From Bacteroidales bacterium (lineage in GTDB: Bacteria; Bacteroidota; Bacteroidia; Bacteroidales; UBA932), in NCBI GenBank assembly GCA_017651225.1, contig JAGCDF010000052.1, forward strand, positions 6,991-70,990: 64,000 nt of DNA. The letters are read 5' to 3'. A program made the position numbers and the translations under genes. Shown here piece by piece: positions 47,562 through 57,264 of the stretch. Position 1 is the first letter of the stretch, and each line of letters starts with the position of its first letter. The notes beneath the pieces are model-generated. The model did no database searches. It was not told where the DNA came from and saw only the letters and a list, made by a program, of their open reading frames with translations.

Positions 47562-48451
47562 ACGCGCGGCCTCCTTTCCGACAGGGTGTCGATGAAGATG
47601 TCTTCGATGTCCGGCTCGGCCGGGACGGGAACTTTCCCGCAAATGGCCGCTCCGCGGAACGTGTCGTCGGCCGTGATGTGCATTTGGTCCCCCCAGAGAT
47701 AATAGTCCAGCACGCCCGGCTCGGTGGCGAGCGCCGCCTCGAGTCGCGGCAGGTCGGCGGGCTGGCACGGGAGCGAGAAGAGCCGGTGCTGGTAGGAGCC
47801 GACGATGCCCGCCGGGCTGTCGAACAGCAGGATTTCGCCCTGGTGCAGGAAGAGGATCTTGTCGGAGAGCGCGGCTTCGTCGAGGTAGTGCGTGCTCACG
47901 AGCACGCTGACGCCCTTGTCGCGCAGAGCGCCGATCTCCTGCCACATGTCGTGGCGCGACACGGGGTCGACGCCGACGGTCGGCTCGTCGAGCAGCAGCA
48001 CGGACGGGTTGTGCACCAGCGCGCAGCAGATGGCGAGTTTCTGCTTCATGCCGCCGGACAGCGTGTCTGCCCGGAAGTCGGAGAAATCGACCAGGCTGCG
48101 CCACAGGAAGGGGGACAGCTGCTCGATGTCCGAGGCGTTGCAGCCGTACGCGCCGGCGAAGAACGCAAGGTTCTCCGCGACGGACAGGTCGCCGTACAGG
48201 GAGAAGCGCCCCGGGACATAGCCGATGCGGCACCGGGCGTCCCGGGCCTGGGTCCGCACATCGAAGCCCCCGATGCCGGCCTCGCCCGTGAAATCAGGGT
48301 CGAGGGTGGCCAGGATATTGAAGAGGGTGGACTTGCCGGCGCCGTTCGCGCCCATCAGGGCCACGATCTGCGCGTCTTCCACCTGGAAAGAAACGTCTTT
48401 GAGGACCTGACGCGGGCCGAACCGCTTGGATATGCCCCGGGCGGCAATCAT
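47558..48451 (-). CDS. ABC transporter ATP-binding protein
   Basis: GANGAGKS, LSGGMKQ, LLDEPT and STHY motifs. Confidence 0.93.
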   Translation of the reverse strand: MIAARGISKRFGPRQVLKDVSFQVEDAQIVALMGANGAGKSTLFNILATLDPDFTGEAGIGGFDVRTQARDARCRIGYVPGRFSLYGDLSVAENLAFFAGAYGCNASDIEQLSPFLWRSLVDFSDFRADTLSGGMKQKLAICCALVHNPSVLLLDEPTVGVDPVSRHDMWQEIGALRDKGVSVLVSTHYLDEAALSDKILFLHQGEILLFDSPAGIVGSYQHRLFSLPCQPADLPRLEAALATEPGVLDYYLWGDQMHITADDTFRGAAICGKVPVPAEPDIEDIFIDTLSERRPRV

Positions 48452-49362
48452 CGTTGGGGGGACAGGAAGATTTCAGCGGGCATGCCCGGTTTGAGCAGAT
48501 CGTCCTTTTCAAGGTCGACCCGGACGTGGTAGACCATGGTGGTGCGGGTGTCGCGGGTCAGCACTTTGTTCGGCATGAATTCCGCCTCCGTGGCGATGTA
48601 GCTGATCCGGCCCTGCACGCGCCGCAGCTTGCCGGCGCCGGCATCCACGCCCACCGACACGCTGTCGCCGAGGGCAACGCGCGCCAGGGCGTCCCCGTCC
48701 AGCCAGGCGTCCACGTACAGATGGTCGAGGTCGGAGAGTTTGTAAACCGGCTGGCCGGCGGCCACGAATTCATGCAGGTGGGAGTACAGGGCTGTTACCG
48801 TGCCGTTCTCGGGATTCCGGACGGTGCAACGGTCGATCCGGTCGCGGACGATGTCCGCCTGCGAGCGCAGGGAGGTGATGTTGGCCTGCACGGCGGCCGT
48901 CTCCCGCGACAGGGAGGAGCGGGCCGCGGAGATCTGGCTGTCCACGACGCGAAGCTGGTCGTCGATTTTGTCCAGTTGGTTGCCGGCGGCGCTGCCGGAC
49001 GTGACGAGTCCGGCGATGCGGGCGCGCTCGTTCTCCAACGTTTTCTTCTGTTGCTGGAGCACGTCCAGCTGGCGCCCTGCGTCCGGCAGGGTCGCCCTCA
49101 GGGCCTGGATCTGGGTTTCCAGCGCGCGGAGCTGGAGCGAAAGCGCCGCCGTGTCGAGTTGGACGCCCAGGGCGTCCTGCGACACCGCCTGCCCTTCCGC
49201 CACGGGCAACGCGACGATCTGGCCGGCTTCCGAGGCGGCGACCATCCAGCTGTGGGCATCGATGAGGCCATAGGCGTCAGGCTGGCCGGAGCGGCCGCAG
49301 GCGCCGCCGACCAGCATCAGGCAGGCCAGCAGACCGGGAAGGAAAAGAGCGTTTCGTGTCAT
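48448..49362 (-). CDS. HlyD/YbhG-like periplasmic adaptor
   Basis: N-terminal signal, lipoyl half-motifs around a coiled coil, AEFMP...VY.V and LKPGMPAE motifs. Confidence 0.9.
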   Translation of the reverse strand: MTRNALFLPGLLACLMLVGGACGRSGQPDAYGLIDAHSWMVAASEAGQIVALPVAEGQAVSQDALGVQLDTAALSLQLRALETQIQALRATLPDAGRQLDVLQQQKKTLENERARIAGLVTSGSAAGNQLDKIDDQLRVVDSQISAARSSLSRETAAVQANITSLRSQADIVRDRIDRCTVRNPENGTVTALYSHLHEFVAAGQPVYKLSDLDHLYVDAWLDGDALARVALGDSVSVGVDAGAGKLRRVQGRISYIATEAEFMPNKVLTRDTRTTMVYHVRVDLEKDDLLKPGMPAEIFLSPQR

Positions 49363-50624
49363 GGTTCGGAGATATAACGCTTGCGCAGCAATTGCTGCTG
49401 CAGTTTGAGGATACTATAGAGCTCGCAGTCCAGGCGGGCAGCCGAGAGCTGCTCCAGGGCGGTCAGGTAATTGGACAGGGGGGTGACGCCCTGATCGGCC
49501 TGCCGGTCCAGCTCTTCACAGAGTTCTTCATATTTGGCCACGGTGCTTTCGCTGGCGGCCAGCAAGGTTCCGTAGCGGGCGATCTCGCCGTCGTACTTGA
49601 GCAGCTCGACGCGTTTTTTGCGTTCGGCATTCTCCCGCTGCAGCTCAAGCTGGCGGGCCGCCGCGTCCAGCCGGGCCGTGCCGGCGTTCACGGCGCGCCA
49701 TTCCGTAATGGGGATCGTCAGGGAGAGACCCACGACACCGTATATATCCGGTCGGCGGTCAAAGAAGTTCAGCGGCCAGCGGCCGTAGCCCACCGTGCCG
49801 AAGGCCTGCAGGGAAGGCAGCGCCCGGGCGCGCGCAAGCTGCTTGTTCAGCTCAATCCGGCGCGCTTCCAGGTCCAGGCGCGCCAGGCCGGCATCCGGCA
49901 CGAACGCGTCCGCATCCTCGCCGGAGGGCATTTCCAACTCAGTGTCCGGCCCGATGGGCAGTCCGGTCAGCTCCGCGAGCATGGTCTGGGCCGCCGCCGT
50001 CTGGGCGGCACTCCCGGCCTGCTCCGCTTCCAGTTTGGACAGCTGCGCCTCCAGCGCCAGGACCACGTCCCGGTACCCGATGCCGGCTTCGAAGGCTCGC
50101 TGGGCGTCCCGGAGTTTGATCTGGACGGCGTTCAGCTGCCGACTGAGAATCTCGTCGCGCTTGCGCGCCAGCAGAATGCCCAGGAAGAGGTCGTCCACGG
50201 TCCGGTCCAGCTCGACACCCCGGCTATCCAGCCCGGTGCGGTCGATTTCGTGGTCCAGGTTGTTGATCTCGCCCAGGAGCTTTTTCTGTCCGCCGCTGTA
50301 GATGGGCTGGGCCAGCAGCAGGCCGACGTGATACTGGAACTTGGGGACGGCGTATAATTCGAACGGGAAGTCCGTCATGCCGGACGGATTGGGACTGTCT
50401 GTCTGGTAACTGGCAACGCCGTAGCCGCTGATGAAAGTCTGGAACGGGTGCTTCTCCAGGCGCTCGTTTGCCTGCCGGTCCAGCTCGTTGAGCTGGTACA
50501 ATTCGTCCAGTTTGCCCTCCCGCCGGGCCGCTTCCCGGCATTCCTCGAGCGATATCGGTCCGCCCCCGAATGCGAAGGGAACGGATACAATCCAGGCGAA
50601 AAAGAAGAGCGTTAGTTTTTTCAT
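49359..50624 (-). CDS. TolC family outer-membrane efflux protein
   Basis: Signal peptide from ATG 50624; QPIYSGG and LPSL...LTIPI OEP repeats; first gene of the HlyD-ABC operon. Confidence 0.85.
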   Translation of the reverse strand: MKKLTLFFFAWIVSVPFAFGGGPISLEECREAARREGKLDELYQLNELDRQANERLEKHPFQTFISGYGVASYQTDSPNPSGMTDFPFELYAVPKFQYHVGLLLAQPIYSGGQKKLLGEINNLDHEIDRTGLDSRGVELDRTVDDLFLGILLARKRDEILSRQLNAVQIKLRDAQRAFEAGIGYRDVVLALEAQLSKLEAEQAGSAAQTAAAQTMLAELTGLPIGPDTELEMPSGEDADAFVPDAGLARLDLEARRIELNKQLARARALPSLQAFGTVGYGRWPLNFFDRRPDIYGVVGLSLTIPITEWRAVNAGTARLDAAARQLELQRENAERKKRVELLKYDGEIARYGTLLAASESTVAKYEELCEELDRQADQGVTPLSNYLTALEQLSAARLDCELYSILKLQQQLLRKRYISEP

Positions 50625-50711
50625 ATGTTCCCAAATATACGAATAATCCGGCTCTTTCTTTGTTTTTTTTCGAGAATATTCGTACTTTAGGCTCGAATTA
50701 ATCACTGTAGT

Positions 50712-51272
50712 ATGAAAAGATTATTCACCATCCTCGCCGCATGCCTGTTAGTGACAGCCGCATCGGCCCAGACCATCTCCAAGGGCACGTTCTTCGTCAG
50801 CCCGACTCTCACCAACATCAGTTTCAATGCTGTTACGATCAGCGCTGACGGACAGAAAGAATCCATGTCCCGTTTCGGCCTGCAGGCCTCGGGCGGCTAT
50901 GCCGTCATCGACAACCTCGCCCTGATCGCCGGCGTGGGCTTCCAGACTGGTAAGTATTCCACCTCCAGCATGAGCCTGCTCGACGCGTTCGTGGGCGCCC
51001 GCTACTACTTCATCCCCAGCCTCTACGCTGGCTTGAACGCTGTGGTCGGCAATGTCTCGTTGAAGAACAACACCGGTTCCGGCACGTCGGTTCCCGAGAC
51101 CGGCACGACCTTCGGCCTGGAGGCGAATGTGGGCTATTCCTGGTTCCTGTCCGAGCGCTTCGCGCTGGAGCCCAGCCTTTCCTTCTACTATGGCCTCGTC
51201 AACCAGATGGCGTCCGCCAAGTTCAACCTCAACATGTTCTCGGTCAACATCGGCTTCCTGTACTATCTGTAA
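50712..51272 (+). CDS. Small outer-membrane beta-barrel protein
   Basis: Signal peptide, amphipathic strands, GARYY and aromatic C-terminal strand IGFLYYL. Confidence 0.85.
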   Translation: MKRLFTILAACLLVTAASAQTISKGTFFVSPTLTNISFNAVTISADGQKESMSRFGLQASGGYAVIDNLALIAGVGFQTGKYSTSSMSLLDAFVGARYYFIPSLYAGLNAVVGNVSLKNNTGSGTSVPETGTTFGLEANVGYSWFLSERFALEPSLSFYYGLVNQMASAKFNLNMFSVNIGFLYYL

Positions 51273-51288
51273 CAGGATCTGATACCAT

Positions 51289-51326
51289 AAAACAGGGGGA
51301 GCAGCATCGCGCTGCTCCCCCGTTTT
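51289..51326. terminator. Bidirectional intrinsic terminator
   Basis: gggggagcagc/gctgctccccc stem flanked by aaaac and gtttt. Confidence 0.85.
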
Positions 51327-51342
51327 GTTATGGGCGGACCGC

Positions 51343-53817
51343 TCAGTCGTTGTTCAGTTCCTTCACGTCCACTTCGCCGCGCTCGCTATCGCCAAGGAGC
51401 CACTCGGAGAAGTAGTCGGCCAGGCGGTAGAAGAAGTACTCGTTCATGTCGCCGAAGCCGTGGCGCTGGCCGGGGAGGATCAGCAGGTCGAAACGCTTGT
51501 TGGCCCGGATCAGGGCGTTCACCACGCGGATGGTGTTGGCGGGGTTGACGTTGTTGTCGATGTCGCCGTGCACGAGCATCAGGTGGCCCTTCAGGTTCGC
51601 GGCGATCTCGGGGTTGGTCTCGATGTGGTAGACGAAGGTCGTGTCGCTCTGCTCCACCTTCTCCGTCACGCCGTGGTGCGTCTCGCTCCACCAGCGGTTG
51701 TAGATGCGGTTGTCGTGGTTGCCGGCGCAGGACACCGCCGCCTTGAAGAAGTCGGGGTACTTGAGGATGGCGGCCGTGGACATGAACCCGCCGCCGGAGT
51801 GTCCGTGGATGCCCACGCGGCTGCCGTCGATGAAGTCATACCTGCCGGCCAGCTGCTGGATGGCGTATTTCTGGTCCTCCAGGCCGTAGTCGCGGAGGTT
51901 CCCGTAGCCGTAGTTGTGGTACCACTTGGAGCGGTTGGGGTGGCCGCCGCGGTTGCCTACCGTGATCACGATGAAGCCGACCTGGGCGAGGCGGTCCGTG
52001 CGCACCATGCCCTTGGACCAGGCGATGTTGTTCGCCTCGACCTGCGGGCCGGGATAGACATAGTCAATAATCGGATACACGCGCGTGGAGTCGAAGTCGA
52101 AGGGCTTGTACATGGCGCCGTAGAGGTCCGTGACGCCGTCGGCCGCCTTGACCTTGAAGCGCTCCGGCATCTTGTAGCCGGCGGCGAAGAGCAGGCTCAG
52201 GTCGGCCTTGTCGAGGAGCTTGCGCTTACCGTCGCGGCCGATCAGCCAGGCCTCGGGGGCGTAGTCCACGCGGGAGCAGTTGCCCACCAGCCAGCGGCCG
52301 TCGTCACTGGCCGTGGCCTCCACGTTCATGTCGTCCATGTCCAGCTGCCGGATGGGGCCGCCCGCCAGGGCGACGCGCCAGGTGTGCATCTGGTAGGGGT
52401 TCTCGTCCTTGTTCACGCCGCAGGCGGAGAAGAGCACGTAGCCCTCCTTCTCATTCACCGCGAGGATGTCCTCGACGTGATAGGCCCCCTCGGTGAGGTT
52501 GCGCACCAGGGTGCCGTCGGCGTTGTAGAGGTAGAGGTTGGCCCAGCCGTTGCGCTCGGACCACCAGAGGAACTGCTTCCCGCCGTTGATGAGGTGGATC
52601 TGCCGGTCCTCGATGTAGGTGTTCATGCGCTCAGAGATGACGGTGCGGGTGGAGTCGGAGGCCAGGTCCACGCGGCACACGTCCATGCGGTGCAGGTCGC
52701 GCGAGCCGCGGACCAGCCAGAAGCCGTCGTTGTCGCCCAGCCACACGCGGGAGCGGTACTTATCGTAGGTCTCGCGGAACTTGCGCGGGCGCGTGGAGAC
52801 GTCGAAGGTCTGGTCCTTGAAGGCGTTGACCTGGTAGCGCTTGCTGGAGCCGTCGGGCATGGAGAAGACGTAGAGCTCCTCCGTGGGGCCCGGCTCGCCC
52901 GGCATCTGGTATTTATAGGTCTCGAGGGTCGGGCGCGGCTGGCTCAGGGCGTTGATCACCCAGAGGTCCTTGATCTTGCGCATGTCGGTCTTGACCGCCA
53001 CGAAATGCTTGCTGTCCGGCGACCAGACGACCCCGCGCGCCATCACGCGGCGGGTGGTGTCGGTCTCCGTGTCGCCCGAGTAGTTGTCCACGCCGAAGCC
53101 CCACTGGCGCACGCCGTCGGAGGTGAGGCGGTGCTCCACGAGCGTGGAGTCCTTTTCGTCCTCCACGGCCTTGGCGAGGTTCTCGCGGTCCATCCAGAAG
53201 AGGTTGGAATTCTTGACGTACACGCCGGTTTCGCCATCCGGCGAGATGCTGGCCCAGGCCGGGTACTCGCGCTTCTCGGGCTTGTACTCGGAGAGCTTGC
53301 CCGTGGCGAGTTCATACTGGAAATGCCAGACCTTCTTGGTCATAGGGGGCTTCTGGGGGCCCTTCGGGGCCTTGTCGCCGTCCTTTTTCGCGCGTTCGGC
53401 GCGCTTCTGCGCCAGCGTGTCGGGCACTTCCTGCGTGCCCTTGATGTCGAAGCGCAGGTACTTGTCGTCCTTGAGCTTCATGCCCTCGATCGGGAGATGC
53501 TGCGCATCGAAGGGGTCGCGCGTGATGGCGGTGATCTCCATCGCGAGCTTCTCCATGTCGAAGGCCTGCGTCCTGCTGCCCGTCTCGGGATCAACGATCC
53601 AGTACTGCGTGCCCGCGGGGGTCTTCCACGCGTACCAGAACTTGTCCGAGTCGCGGAACCAGTTCGGGCTCAGCTCGGTGGAGAATACCATTTGGGAGAT
53701 GCGCTTGGCGGAAAACTGCGAAGCGAGGTCGTAGTTGGGCCGCTGTTTCGGGGCGTCGGCGCCCTGCGCGGAAACGCCGGCCAGGACGGCCAGGAGAAGG
53801 ATAAGAATCCGTTTCAT
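51343..53817 (-). CDS. S9B dipeptidyl-peptidase IV-like peptidase
   Basis: Signal peptide; DPPIV N-terminal propeller; YVYPGP, GHSGGG (Ser), HGDIDNNV (Asp) and RHG (His). Confidence 0.93.
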   Translation of the reverse strand: MKRILILLLAVLAGVSAQGADAPKQRPNYDLASQFSAKRISQMVFSTELSPNWFRDSDKFWYAWKTPAGTQYWIVDPETGSRTQAFDMEKLAMEITAITRDPFDAQHLPIEGMKLKDDKYLRFDIKGTQEVPDTLAQKRAERAKKDGDKAPKGPQKPPMTKKVWHFQYELATGKLSEYKPEKREYPAWASISPDGETGVYVKNSNLFWMDRENLAKAVEDEKDSTLVEHRLTSDGVRQWGFGVDNYSGDTETDTTRRVMARGVVWSPDSKHFVAVKTDMRKIKDLWVINALSQPRPTLETYKYQMPGEPGPTEELYVFSMPDGSSKRYQVNAFKDQTFDVSTRPRKFRETYDKYRSRVWLGDNDGFWLVRGSRDLHRMDVCRVDLASDSTRTVISERMNTYIEDRQIHLINGGKQFLWWSERNGWANLYLYNADGTLVRNLTEGAYHVEDILAVNEKEGYVLFSACGVNKDENPYQMHTWRVALAGGPIRQLDMDDMNVEATASDDGRWLVGNCSRVDYAPEAWLIGRDGKRKLLDKADLSLLFAAGYKMPERFKVKAADGVTDLYGAMYKPFDFDSTRVYPIIDYVYPGPQVEANNIAWSKGMVRTDRLAQVGFIVITVGNRGGHPNRSKWYHNYGYGNLRDYGLEDQKYAIQQLAGRYDFIDGSRVGIHGHSGGGFMSTAAILKYPDFFKAAVSCAGNHDNRIYNRWWSETHHGVTEKVEQSDTTFVYHIETNPEIAANLKGHLMLVHGDIDNNVNPANTIRVVNALIRANKRFDLLILPGQRHGFGDMNEYFFYRLADYFSEWLLGDSERGEVDVKELNND

Positions 53818-53874
53818 ATAATTGAACCTTTTTGAGCAGGTAAAGATACGAAAAAATGCTATCTTTGCTCCGTT

Positions 53875-54333
53875 ATGAAGAAGGCCCTTTTATTTATTGC
53901 CGCCTGCATCCTTCTTTGCGGCGCTGCGGGTGCCCAGGAGAAAGTCCGGAACCCCAAAGACAAGACGCAGTATAACTCCGTGTTCGACCTGCTCCGGGAC
54001 GAGCCCGGCGTGACCGTGAGCCCCGGCGGCGGCAACGGCGAGATGCCCCGGATCCTCATCCGCGGCGTCGCGACCAACAGCGACCAGACCCAGCCGCTGT
54101 TCGTCGTGGACGGCATCATTACCGACAATGTGACCTATCTCCGTCCGGAGGATATCTATTCCGTTGAGGTCCTCAAGGACGGCACGGCCAGCATCTACGG
54201 CGTCCAGGGCCAGAACGGCGTCATCATGTTCCGCACCAAGAGCATGGTCGAGGCGGAGCAGCGCGCCGCCGAGCAGGCCAAGGCGGAGCGGAAAGCCGCC
54301 CGCGAGGCCAGGCGCAACAGCCGGCGGAAATAG
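53875..54333 (+). CDS. Stand-alone TonB-dependent receptor plug-domain protein
   Basis: Signal peptide, PGVTV...IRG...PLFVVDG...EVLKD...IYG...NGVI plug motif, charged helical tail, no barrel. Confidence 0.85.
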   Translation: MKKALLFIAACILLCGAAGAQEKVRNPKDKTQYNSVFDLLRDEPGVTVSPGGGNGEMPRILIRGVATNSDQTQPLFVVDGIITDNVTYLRPEDIYSVEVLKDGTASIYGVQGQNGVIMFRTKSMVEAEQRAAEQAKAERKAAREARRNSRRK

Positions 54334-54336
54334 CGT

Positions 54337-57264
54337 CTAGTCCTCCGACTCCTGGCTCTTCCGATGCAGGTCGGAAGGGGTGGCGTCGAATTCTTTGGTG
54401 AAGCACCGCGTGAAATACTTCGGATCGTTGAATCCGACCTCGTAGGCAATCTCGGAGATGTTCATGTCCGTGTTCGTGCCGTTGCAGATCATTTCCTTCG
54501 CGACGTTCAGGCGGTAGGTCCGGATGAACTGCGCGATGGACAGTCCGAGTGTATTCTGGATCTTCTCATTCAACAGGCTGCGGCTCATGCCCATGGCGTC
54601 CGCCAGCGCGTGCACGTCCAGGTCCGGATCCTTGTACCGCTTCTGGATGGCGTCCAGGAGTTTGGAGTAGAACTCCGTTTCCCGATTCGATAAGGTACTG
54701 GAAAGCAATGTGTTGTGGCTGGCGATCATCTCGTTCTGCCGCTGCAGCAGCGCATTCTGCTCGGAGAGTTCCTCCGCCTTTCGCTCCAGTTCTTCCTTCT
54801 GCTCCTTCAGTTCTTTGGTCTGCCGGTCCACTTCCTGCTGCAGCTGGTCCTTTTTCTTGCTGATGGACTTGGTGTCCCATAGGATGAACAGGTAGGTCAG
54901 CAGACCGAGAAGCAGCACGGACAGCAGGCGGAACCACCAGCGCTTGAACAGGGCCGGCTTGATCTGCAGGGTGATCTCGTCCTGGGACAGCACGTTCCCT
55001 TCCTTGTCGACTGCGCGCACCTGAACGGTGTTTTTCCCGCCCGGGATGTGCCCGAATCTGATATAGGAAGAGTTGCCGAAGATGGGGGACCAATCCTTGT
55101 CCGTCGGCTGCACCCGGCTTTCGTACCGGATGTCCGGGCGTCGGGAGTAGGAAAGGTCGGAGAATTTCAGGAAGAAGTCGTTGTCATTCTCGTTTTTGGT
55201 GAGGACGTCGGACGGCGAGAGGGTGTGGAACTGGCCCCGCGTGTAGTAACCCGTGATGGCGATGTGGGGCTTGTTCCCGTATTCATTTCTGATATAGCCG
55301 GACCGGAGGATGCTCAGGCCTTCTTTCTGGCCGAGATAGATGGTTCCGCTCTCCCCTTTCGCCAGACTGTTCTCGCAGAACGCCATGGACTTCAGTCCGT
55401 CCTGGATGCCGTAGCTGGCGATCTCCCCGGTTTGCGTGTCGATGCAGGAGAGGCCGTTCTCCGTCGTGATCCACAGGTTGACGCCGTCGAGGAGCAGGCC
55501 CTGGACCTGGCTGTCCGCCAGACCCTCCTTTTCCGAATAGACCGTGGTCTTGGCGGCTTCCGAGAGGTAGTTGTCCACCCGGTACACGCCCCGGCCGTAG
55601 GCGCCGGCCCAGAGGGTGTCCCCGTCGGTGACGAGGGACAGACAGGTCGGGAAGCCCTTGATCAGCCGGGTGTCCCGGGTCCTGAGGTCGATGATGTTGA
55701 GCCCTTCCATGCCGCTCACCAGGAGCTTTTCCTCCGTGATGTGCGCCGCGAAGTAGGAGCTCGCGCGGGCGTGGAAGCGGCTGTAGGCCCCGCTTCGTAA
55801 ATCATAGAAATACAGGCCGTTGTGGGCCGTGATCCAGATGTAGTCGTTGATCTTGTCGTAGCAGATGCTGAGAACGATGTCGATGCTTCTTGCCGTATCC
55901 GACAGGCTTCCTTCCGGGGTGCGCAGGATATCGGGGGAGGACGGGTCGATGTAATTCAGTCTTCCCGTCACGGAACCCGTCCAGATCCGGCCCCGGCCGT
56001 CTTCGCAGAAGGTCGTCAGCGCGTAGTCCGTGGCGTAATTGCGGAAGGTCAGGTTATCCGTCTGTCTGAGGAGGCCGTATCCCGTCGCCGCGAGCCAGAG
56101 GACGTTCCGGCTGTCGATGAACAGGGCCCGGATCGGTGTGGCCGGGATGGTGGACGAGGTGGTCTCGATCCGGGAGAAATTGATTATCTGGAGCGGTTTC
56201 TTCTGGATGACGGCAAGTCCTTCCGCTTCGAGCCCGACCCAGACCTGCCGCCCCCGGGTGGCGAGACCGCGCACCATTTCTCCCGGCAGAAGCTGGTTTC
56301 CGTACACGTTGGGCTGGGATCCGTACGTATGGAACGTCTGGTCGTTTACATTGTAGATGCACACGCCTCCCAGGGTCCCGATGACAATCTCTCCCTCGTC
56401 CGTGGCGCACAGTCCGGTGATATCGTCGTTCGGGATGGAACCCGGGTCCGCGTCGGAATGAAGATAGCAAATGTGGTTGCCCGTGGTGAGGTTGATCCGG
56501 TACAGGCCCTTGCTGGTGCCGATCCAGGCCTCATTTCCTGCGCGGAGCAGGGCGGTGGACTTGTTGTCCTCGCCGATGTTCAAGCCCGGCAGGATCTCGG
56601 ACATGCAGAGACCCCGGTCTTCGATATACCGGACTTTGTTGATGCGGCCGTTGAGGGCGATCCAAGCCGAGCCGTCGCCGTCCACGTCGTAGGGACTGGG
56701 CATGAGGTTGACGTTGGAGACCTTGCACTGCACGGAGTCGATGACGACCCTGGCGCCGTCGTCCGCGAAGGTCAGGCGGTAGAGCATGTCCTCCGCCGTG
56801 AACCACATGTGACCCCGGGCATCCTTGTGAAAGCTGACCGGAGAGTGGGAATGGCGCCAGGAACTGGACATGCCTGGCAGCTCGTCGATCAGGGTCAGCG
56901 CTTCCAGGTCGATGATGTTGAGGATACCCGCGCAGGGGACCCATAGCCTGCCGTAATCATCCTCGCTGCAGCGGTCGACGAAGTCGCTTCGGAACGCGGG
57001 ATTCGTCTTGATGGAGAACGGGATGAAGGAATCTCCGTCATAGCGGACCAGGCCGCCTCCGAAGGTGCTGATCCAGGCAAATCCCTTGCTGTCGAAAAAG
57101 ATACCGTTGACGTCCTGGTCGGGAAGGCCGTTCTCCCGGGTCAGGCGGTTGATGACGATATAGTCCTCTGCACTCGTCTGGGCGAGGCTTTTGTCGGGGG
57201 ATAACAGGAGGCAGAGAAAAACTGCCAAAATAAAATCCACCCTTTTCAGAAGTTTGTCCACCAT
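54337..57264 (-). CDS. HTCS-like sensor (Reg_prop propeller and Y_Y_Y) fused directly to an AraC HTH, with no kinase or receiver domain
   Basis: GLPDQDV...WISTFGGGLVRYDG repeats, Y_Y_Y-like domain, TM helix after WWF, coiled coil, then ISEIAYEVGFNDPKYFTRCF. Confidence 0.88.
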   Translation of the reverse strand: MVDKLLKRVDFILAVFLCLLLSPDKSLAQTSAEDYIVINRLTRENGLPDQDVNGIFFDSKGFAWISTFGGGLVRYDGDSFIPFSIKTNPAFRSDFVDRCSEDDYGRLWVPCAGILNIIDLEALTLIDELPGMSSSWRHSHSPVSFHKDARGHMWFTAEDMLYRLTFADDGARVVIDSVQCKVSNVNLMPSPYDVDGDGSAWIALNGRINKVRYIEDRGLCMSEILPGLNIGEDNKSTALLRAGNEAWIGTSKGLYRINLTTGNHICYLHSDADPGSIPNDDITGLCATDEGEIVIGTLGGVCIYNVNDQTFHTYGSQPNVYGNQLLPGEMVRGLATRGRQVWVGLEAEGLAVIQKKPLQIINFSRIETTSSTIPATPIRALFIDSRNVLWLAATGYGLLRQTDNLTFRNYATDYALTTFCEDGRGRIWTGSVTGRLNYIDPSSPDILRTPEGSLSDTARSIDIVLSICYDKINDYIWITAHNGLYFYDLRSGAYSRFHARASSYFAAHITEEKLLVSGMEGLNIIDLRTRDTRLIKGFPTCLSLVTDGDTLWAGAYGRGVYRVDNYLSEAAKTTVYSEKEGLADSQVQGLLLDGVNLWITTENGLSCIDTQTGEIASYGIQDGLKSMAFCENSLAKGESGTIYLGQKEGLSILRSGYIRNEYGNKPHIAITGYYTRGQFHTLSPSDVLTKNENDNDFFLKFSDLSYSRRPDIRYESRVQPTDKDWSPIFGNSSYIRFGHIPGGKNTVQVRAVDKEGNVLSQDEITLQIKPALFKRWWFRLLSVLLLGLLTYLFILWDTKSISKKKDQLQQEVDRQTKELKEQKEELERKAEELSEQNALLQRQNEMIASHNTLLSSTLSNRETEFYSKLLDAIQKRYKDPDLDVHALADAMGMSRSLLNEKIQNTLGLSIAQFIRTYRLNVAKEMICNGTNTDMNISEIAYEVGFNDPKYFTRCFTKEFDATPSDLHRKSQESED

